The notes beneath the pieces are model-generated. The model had not been told where the DNA came from. It worked only from the letters and a program-made list of their open reading frames with translations, and made no database searches. The position numbers and the translations under genes are program-made. From positions 67,715-131,714 of the forward strand of contig JBBTWJ010000005.1 of the NCBI GenBank assembly GCA_038062895.1: a stretch of 64,000 bases of DNA. The letters run 5' to 3'. Each line of letters begins with the position of its first letter. The first letter of the stretch is position 1. This document shows, piece by piece, positions 58,336-64,000 of this stretch. Source of the stretch: Patescibacteria group bacterium. Its GTDB lineage: Bacteria; Patescibacteriota; Microgenomatia; UBA10105; UBA927.

Positions 58336-59129
58336 TGAGTATGAAGTCTGTCGACATAAAGCAAGTTTATCGCAATGCCATTGATTTTCTTGGCCAGTCG
58401 ATGAAGCATGCCGGATTCCGCTCTGCAGTTATTGCCCTGTCCGGCGGGGTGGATTCGAGTGTAAGCGTGGTACTCTCGGTTCGGGCGATTGGAAAAAATA
58501 ATGTCTATCCCCTACTTCTTCCCTACGGTAACTTGAATTTTCAAGGTGTTAGTGATGCGCAACTTGTCATAAAAACTCTTGGGATACCTCCAGCCCACGT
58601 GAGAGATATAAATATTCAACCACTTGTTGACCCGATCACTGCTCTAGATCCCGATCTGCCTGCCGGCAGGCAGGTGGATCGCCTCCGGCGCGGCAACACC
58701 ATGGCGCGTGTGCGGATGATCCTGCTATACGATCTCGCTAAAAAAAACAATGCCTTGGTCGTGGGGACGGAAAACAAGACGGAACATTTACTAGGGTACT
58801 ATACGCGCTTCGGCGATGAGGCGAGCGATATAGAACCATTACGGAATTTGTATAAAACAGACGTTCGCCGTCTAGCCCAAGCGTTGGGGTTGCCCCAGAC
58901 GATTATTACGAAAGCACCGACGGCCGGACTTTGGGACGGGCAGACGGATGAAGGAGAGTTTGGATTTACCTACGAAGAGGCGGACCGGGTTCTTGCGTTG
59001 ATTGTAGATGAGAAGAAGTCCATTGATGAAGTTATTGCAAAAGGATATGATCGATCCACCGTGGAGAAGGTGGTGAAGAGAATGAATGATAATGATTTCA
59101 AGCACCGTCTTCCCTTCGTTCCTTCATGA
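58335..59129 (+). CDS. nadE: NH3-dependent NAD+ synthetase
   Basis: LSGGVDSS, ARVRM, GTENKTE, TRFGD, KAPTAGLW.GQTDE. Confidence 0.95.
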   Translation: MSMKSVDIKQVYRNAIDFLGQSMKHAGFRSAVIALSGGVDSSVSVVLSVRAIGKNNVYPLLLPYGNLNFQGVSDAQLVIKTLGIPPAHVRDINIQPLVDPITALDPDLPAGRQVDRLRRGNTMARVRMILLYDLAKKNNALVVGTENKTEHLLGYYTRFGDEASDIEPLRNLYKTDVRRLAQALGLPQTIITKAPTAGLWDGQTDEGEFGFTYEEADRVLALIVDEKKSIDEVIAKGYDRSTVEKVVKRMNDNDFKHRLPFVPS

Positions 59130-60535
59130 AATGGCATCAACGATTTTTTTGGCTTCTGCTTTTGTTTCTTCCTACACAACTAGGCTACCATTTTTGGCCC
59201 CAGTGGGCGGGGGTGCTCGGAAGGAGAGTAGATTACCTCGCCCCAACCATTTATCTTACAGATATTCTTATTTTTTTGATCATTGTTGCCTGGGTTGTTC
59301 CTCGCGTTGTTCAAATGGTGCGAGGAAATCCTAAATCCAAATTTCTAAATCCTAAACAAATCCAAAAGTTCAAAATTCAAATATTACAAACAAAATATCT
59401 GTGGATGATGGCAGGAGTGGTGTTTGCGATTGTTAATATTTTTGTCGCTACAAATAAGCCCATCGCCATATACAAATGGATAAAGGTGAGTGAGTTTGTA
59501 ATGCTGGGATGGTATATCGTGCGGACGAGGCCTACGCTATCAGCTATCATCACTCCCCTATCGGTTGGCATCCTGTACTCATCGATTCTTGCGATCATCC
59601 AATTTATTCTGCAGCACTCCGTCGGGGGCCCACTTTGGTGGCTAGGAGAACGGACGTTTGGCGTCGATACGCCGGGGATAGCGCGTTACGATTTCAACTT
59701 TCAACTTTTAACTTTAAACTTTCAACTTTTTGGCCTCCGGCCGCATGCTACGTTCCCCCACCCGAATGTGTTGGGAGGATTTTTGGCAGTAGTCTTGCCA
59801 TTACTTATTTATAATCTACAAATCTACAAATCTACAAATCTACAAATGAATGATTCATTAAAAAAAATGTTGCAATGGGGGTTGGGTTTGACAATTTCAA
59901 TTGGAGTTGTTGCTTTGATTCTGACGTTTAGCCGGAGCGCGGTAGTAGTGGGGGCAATCGCAATTGCTTTGACCATTGCGAGAATTAGGAATGATGCCCG
60001 CCCGGAGCGAGGCCGAAGGGAATTACGGATTATGAATAGTAAACGCTTTGTAGTTACAGCCGTCATTGGATTATTAATTATACTTTTGGCTTCATACTTC
60101 ATGATTCATAATTCAACAGAGGAAAGTGTTGTTGTTCGTGGACAACTCAACGCAGCGGCAATAAAGCTTTGGCAGACCGCTCCCCTCTTCGGCGTGGGAC
60201 TCGGAAATTTTCTTGTGCGGCTGCCGGAGACACTCCCCACCCGGACGATTTACTTTCTCCAGCCAGTCCATAATATATATTTGCTTATACTGTCAGAGAC
60301 GGGAGTCGTCGGGTTTTTACCGGTTCTTTTGTTGTTAGTAAAGATTTTTCTCTGGACAATAAACAATAAGCAGAAAGCACGCGAATCGTTTGTTTATTGC
60401 TTATTGCTTACTGCCCTTCTTGTTTTGGGTCTCGTCGACCACTACCTCCTTACGCTTCAGCAAGGACAGTTGCTGCTCACTGTATTTACAGGATTAAGTC
60501 TAACATTGTTACAAAATAACAAAATAACAAAATAA
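59126..60535 (+). CDS. O-antigen ligase family protein
   Basis: TFPHPNVLGG, TFSRSA, FGVGLGNF, QPVHNIY. Confidence 0.85.
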   Translation: MKWHQRFFWLLLLFLPTQLGYHFWPQWAGVLGRRVDYLAPTIYLTDILIFLIIVAWVVPRVVQMVRGNPKSKFLNPKQIQKFKIQILQTKYLWMMAGVVFAIVNIFVATNKPIAIYKWIKVSEFVMLGWYIVRTRPTLSAIITPLSVGILYSSILAIIQFILQHSVGGPLWWLGERTFGVDTPGIARYDFNFQLLTLNFQLFGLRPHATFPHPNVLGGFLAVVLPLLIYNLQIYKSTNLQMNDSLKKMLQWGLGLTISIGVVALILTFSRSAVVVGAIAIALTIARIRNDARPERGRRELRIMNSKRFVVTAVIGLLIILLASYFMIHNSTEESVVVRGQLNAAAIKLWQTAPLFGVGLGNFLVRLPETLPTRTIYFLQPVHNIYLLILSETGVVGFLPVLLLLVKIFLWTINNKQKARESFVYCLLLTALLVLGLVDHYLLTLQQGQLLLTVFTGLSLTLLQNNKITK

Positions 60536-60581
60536 CAAAATAACAAAATAACAAATGGCGAATTGCGGTACAATGGGGAAC

Positions 60582-61979
60582 ATGACTTCTACCAAATGGA
60601 ACGTCGCATGGAATACGGGGAGCCAGCTTCTCGGAAAATTAGTCGGGAGTGGCGCGATGTTTTTGGTCAGCATCCTGGTTGCGCGGGGCTTTGGCGCTCA
60701 AGGATTTGGTGACTTCACGAAGATCATCACTTTCGTTGCATTTTTTTATCTCCTGGTTGATTTTGGACTCAATGCGGTGTATCTGCAGAGGCAGACAGCA
60801 CCTGCCCGCAATGCTATGCAAAGCGTTGTAGGCGGGGACAGCAGCGGCCCGCCTACTGGCGGGGCAGGCAAAGCGGATTGGGGAACGCTTTTTAGCATGA
60901 GGCTTCTGGGCGGCATACTCCTCATGTTTTTTGTGGTCGCAATTTTAGCTTTTCTTCCTCACGGCACGGATCAGGGATATACGGGACTGGTCCGGCTTGG
61001 CATCATTCTCTTCTCCCCCACTATTCTCATCCAAGGGTTGATCGTATCAGCTAATGCTATATTTCAGAAACACCTGCGATATGACTTGGCAAGTTTTGCT
61101 CTTATTGCTGGATATATTGTAACCGTGTTCCTTGTTGCTGGCTCTGTATTTGGACTTTCTTCCCGTGTAGGCGTTTTGGGTGTGACAACTTCCCTCCTTC
61201 TTGGTTTGGGTGTCACGGGGTTTGTTTCCCTTTTTTTTGTGCGTCGCATCGAACAATTTGCTCACATTTCTTTTGATAGGAAGACCGCCACCATGTTATT
61301 TATGACTGCTCTCCCCTTAGGGATCACTCTGCTTTTTAATCAAGTGTACTTCCGGATCGACAGTTTTGTTTTGACGTTGACACGCAGCACGACTGAAGTT
61401 GGCCTGTATGGCCTGGCGTATAAAGTGTTTGAATTGCCTCTCGTGATCCCCACATTTTTTATGAACAGCGTGTACCCGCTACTTCTTGCAAAGCAAATGA
61501 CGAAAGACGTAGGACGTAGGACGTATGAAACCAAGAAATTATTAAAAAAATCCGGCACCATCTTATGTCTTATGTCCGTAGTCTTATCTCTCACGTTTTG
61601 GTATGCTGCTCCCCTCCTTATGTACATCCGTCCGGAGTTTGCTCCTAGTATTCCTCTTTTGAGAATCCTTACGCTTGGCTTGCCGTTCTTTTTTCTCTCA
61701 AGTCTCGTGATGTGGGCACTTATTGCTCTTGGCAAACAGATAGTACTCGCGGGTATCTATGGAAGCCTGATGATGGTCACAGTACTATTAGATATTCTCA
61801 TCATTCCAACCCACGGGGCTATCGGGGCAGCGTGGATCACGGTGGGGTCGGAAGGAGTTGTGTTGTTGATATCAGTTTTGTATCTTCGGAGGGTGTTCCA
61901 TTATCCCACGGCTGTGTCGAGCGAATCTACAAATTACAAATCTACAAATATGCAAATGAATGATAGAATGCATAAATAA
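60582..61979 (+). CDS. wzx: Wzx-type polysaccharide flippase
   Basis: DFGL, YFRID, VGLYGLAY, IPTHGAIGAA; polytopic. Confidence 0.88.
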   Translation: MTSTKWNVAWNTGSQLLGKLVGSGAMFLVSILVARGFGAQGFGDFTKIITFVAFFYLLVDFGLNAVYLQRQTAPARNAMQSVVGGDSSGPPTGGAGKADWGTLFSMRLLGGILLMFFVVAILAFLPHGTDQGYTGLVRLGIILFSPTILIQGLIVSANAIFQKHLRYDLASFALIAGYIVTVFLVAGSVFGLSSRVGVLGVTTSLLLGLGVTGFVSLFFVRRIEQFAHISFDRKTATMLFMTALPLGITLLFNQVYFRIDSFVLTLTRSTTEVGLYGLAYKVFELPLVIPTFFMNSVYPLLLAKQMTKDVGRRTYETKKLLKKSGTILCLMSVVLSLTFWYAAPLLMYIRPEFAPSIPLLRILTLGLPFFFLSSLVMWALIALGKQIVLAGIYGSLMMVTVLLDILIIPTHGAIGAAWITVGSEGVVLLISVLYLRRVFHYPTAVSSESTNYKSTNMQMNDRMHK

Positions 61980-62041
61980 ATTAATTAATCAGTAACGAAG
62001 TTGTTAATTTGCAGATTTGAATATTTGCAGATTTGTAGATT

Positions 62042-62542
62042 ATGAAATTAATTGTACATACAGATGGGGGAGCGAGGGGGAACCCGGGACCGGCGGCAGT
62101 GGGGGTGGTGATAGAAAGACAGGAGGAGTCAAAAGTCGAAAGTCCCGCCGCCGAGGCTTTGGCGGGCAGGCAAAAGTCGAAAGTACTTGCTGCGGAGTTT
62201 GGGAAACGGATAGGGGAGACGACGAATAATGTAGCGGAATACACCGCGGTAGTGGAAGCACTGACCTACTTAAAAATTAAAACTTTAAACTTTAAACTTG
62301 AAAGTGGAGAAGACCTTCATATTCAGTTTTTACTTGATTCGAAACTTGTGGTCGAACAACTCAATGGAAATTTTAAGGTGAAGGATGGCAGACTCCGGGA
62401 ACTTATGATGAAGGTGAAAGTTTTGGAGCAGGAGGTTGGTCCGCCTGGCGGCGAGACAAGGGGAGTGGTGACGTATGCGTATGTGCCGAGGGAGCAGAAT
62501 AAACGAGCGGATTATTTCGTCAATAAAGCACTAGATGCGTGA
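62042..62542 (+). CDS. rnhA: Ribonuclease HI
   Basis: TDGGARGNPG, TNNVAEY, DSKLVV.Q, PREQN..AD. Confidence 0.93.
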   Translation: MKLIVHTDGGARGNPGPAAVGVVIERQEESKVESPAAEALAGRQKSKVLAAEFGKRIGETTNNVAEYTAVVEALTYLKIKTLNFKLESGEDLHIQFLLDSKLVVEQLNGNFKVKDGRLRELMMKVKVLEQEVGPPGGETRGVVTYAYVPREQNKRADYFVNKALDA

Positions 62543-62780
62543 GCCTCATGTGTCGTTCTTGTATGTAGCCTCGAAATACTTCTGTTGTTCCGTTGTTTTC
62601 GGGACTTGCTTTTGTAATAATACACATACCCTTATTCCCGAATATGCCAGGTAGTAGAATTTCGATCGCATCGTATAGCGCTACGATGCGCTAAATTAAG
62701 ATATACGTATCGCTTATTGTTAGGAATATAGTTATGAATGTTCTATTAAATTAGTTAGTTTCGAAATTTCACTACCTGGT

Positions 62781-64000
62781 ATGACTAAATTTGATGCCCC
62801 GAGTCGAGTGAATGCCCAGACGGTGGATCTCCCCATAGCGCATATCGACGCGCAGGATATACAGTTGTCCCTGTCGGTGCAGGAATATCTGGAGCTCAAC
62901 GGGTGCGCGGTCGTGGTGAACAGAAAACCTGCGGTTCCGGCGGTCTATCATATCGTGATCGGCGATGAGGAATATGTGAAAGAAACTCTTGCGCTATCTC
63001 AAAAAAAATCTATACAGACTTTTGCAATAATCTATACGACGAAAAAGAAACAGACCTTCAGCGATCTTGGTGCAATCCACGCAAAGATCGCGGTGGTTTC
63101 TGCTTCCTCAATCGGCACACGTGAGACGCAACAGCTCTTCGCTTACTTTTTTACCGGGGGCGACGATATCCTGTATCTCGATGGCACATCGCCGCTGCCC
63201 GTAGCCCGTGAAGCCGTCGCTCCCGTAGCAGAGAAATGGCAGGACGAACGACGTGAGGAAATATGGAAAGAACCCGCGCCGCACGTGGATACAGCGACGA
63301 GGATATCGGCGACTATTGATGAATTATTTGGGGTTCACAACATTTCCCCAACGAAGACTCCGCGTATGAGAAAGAAATTCCATTTACCTACCTATACATC
63401 CCGGCGAGTTTTTGTCAGTGCGCTTGTGTTTATCGCGAGCTTCATCGTCATCCCGGTATGTTGGTATTTGTTGAGCATCGTTATCGCCGGATCGGCACAG
63501 TGGTATGTGCTCACTTCAATGAAAACGGAGAACGTGGGGAGTCTCGGAAAGGCCGCGTCTATTACTTCGTATTGGATTGGACAGGGAAAGCGTTCGCTCC
63601 GCTTTATGAGTGCGGCCGCCGGGAGCGTGGGACGAGAAGATCTATTCAGAAATCAGGAGCGGATTTTGAGCGTCGTCGAGGGTATTGCCGGGGCAGAGGA
63701 GAAAGCGGCTCGGCTGCTCTCCGAAAGCACAGCAATCATGCCAATGCTTTTTTCGCCTGGTGGTGGACGCGAAACGGAGTCTCTTTTGGTTTCCATCGGA
63801 AGACTTCTGACAACACTGGAAGATTTGACGAACTCTCTGGGATTAGTAAACGCAGAGCTTGAGGTCATAAGAGGACAGCATCAGTTTCCGATGACCTTAT
63901 CGGTTGGTCGGGTACTGGTGGCCAACGCGCGGACACGGATTGATCGGGCGGTGACCCAAGTGTCCCATGCACGCAATCTTCTCGCCCTTTACCGTGCGGC
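62781..64000 (+). CDS. Membrane-anchored protein, 5' part (runs off window; possibly DUF4012-type)
   Basis: Frame from MTKFDAPSR read by hand without a stop to about 63720 and apparently open beyond; TM segment near 63410-63490. Confidence 0.65.
   Translation, partial: MTKFDAPSRVNAQTVDLPIAHIDAQDIQLSLSVQEYLELNGCAVVVNRKPAVPAVYHIVIGDEEYVKETLALSQKKSIQTFAIIYTTKKKQTFSDLGAIHAKIAVVSASSIGTRETQQLFAYFFTGGDDILYLDGTSPLPVAREAVAPVAEKWQDERREEIWKEPAPHVDTATRISATIDELFGVHNISPTKTPRMRKKFHLPTYTSRRVFVSALVFIASFIVIPVCWYLLSIVIAGSAQWYVLTSMKTENVGSLGKAASITSYWIGQGKRSLRFMSAAAGSVGREDLFRNQERILSVVEGIAGAEEKAARLLSESTAIMPMLFSPGGGRETESLLVSIGRLLTTLEDLTNSLGLVNAELEVIRGQHQFPMTLSVGRVLVANARTRIDRAVTQVSHARNLLALYRA

Noticed and set aside
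1-64000. Alternative genetic code (TGA=Gly, code 25)
   Set aside because: Conserved genes are intact under code 11 and several (nadE, jag, rnhA) end properly at TGA
1-64000. tRNA/rRNA genes
   Set aside because: No cloverleaf or rRNA-like segment recognised in the short intergenic regions by eye

Overview
Replication-origin region of a Patescibacteria/CPR bacterium (Microgenomates-like, inferred from gene content; standard genetic code). 1-13 kb: VirB6-like/VirD4/PrgI/VirB4 type-IV-secretion-like cluster, then dnaN, oriC (DnaA boxes plus DnaA-trio-like repeats) and dnaA. About 36.8 kb of accessory DNA separates dnaA from rpmH. It holds surface-glycan genes, a plant-type UDP-arabinopyranose-mutase (RGP) homolog, many toxin-antitoxin modules (two with internally deleted toxins), and a repeat-bounded three-gene caspase-fold protease cassette. 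Its best candidate for an undescribed system is a RiPP-like cluster: an unannotated 28-aa precursor (27397-27483, YxxP leader motif, ending -TRSC) beside a PqqD/RRE gene, an NTP_transf_5 nucleotidyltransferase, a UbiA prenyltransferase, an HPr-kinase-like enzyme, an S26 peptidase, PAPS synthase, a sulfotransferase, a methyltransferase, glycosyltransferases and Wzm/Wzt, with no lasso cyclase or radical SAM enzyme. 52-64 kb: rpmH-(hicBA)-rnpA-yidD-yidC-jag, a complete NAD salvage set (nadD, pncB, pncA, nadE), O-antigen ligase, flippase and rnhA, with many in-frame palindromic and 7/8-mer repeat insertions. All calls come from reading motifs; no database searches were run.
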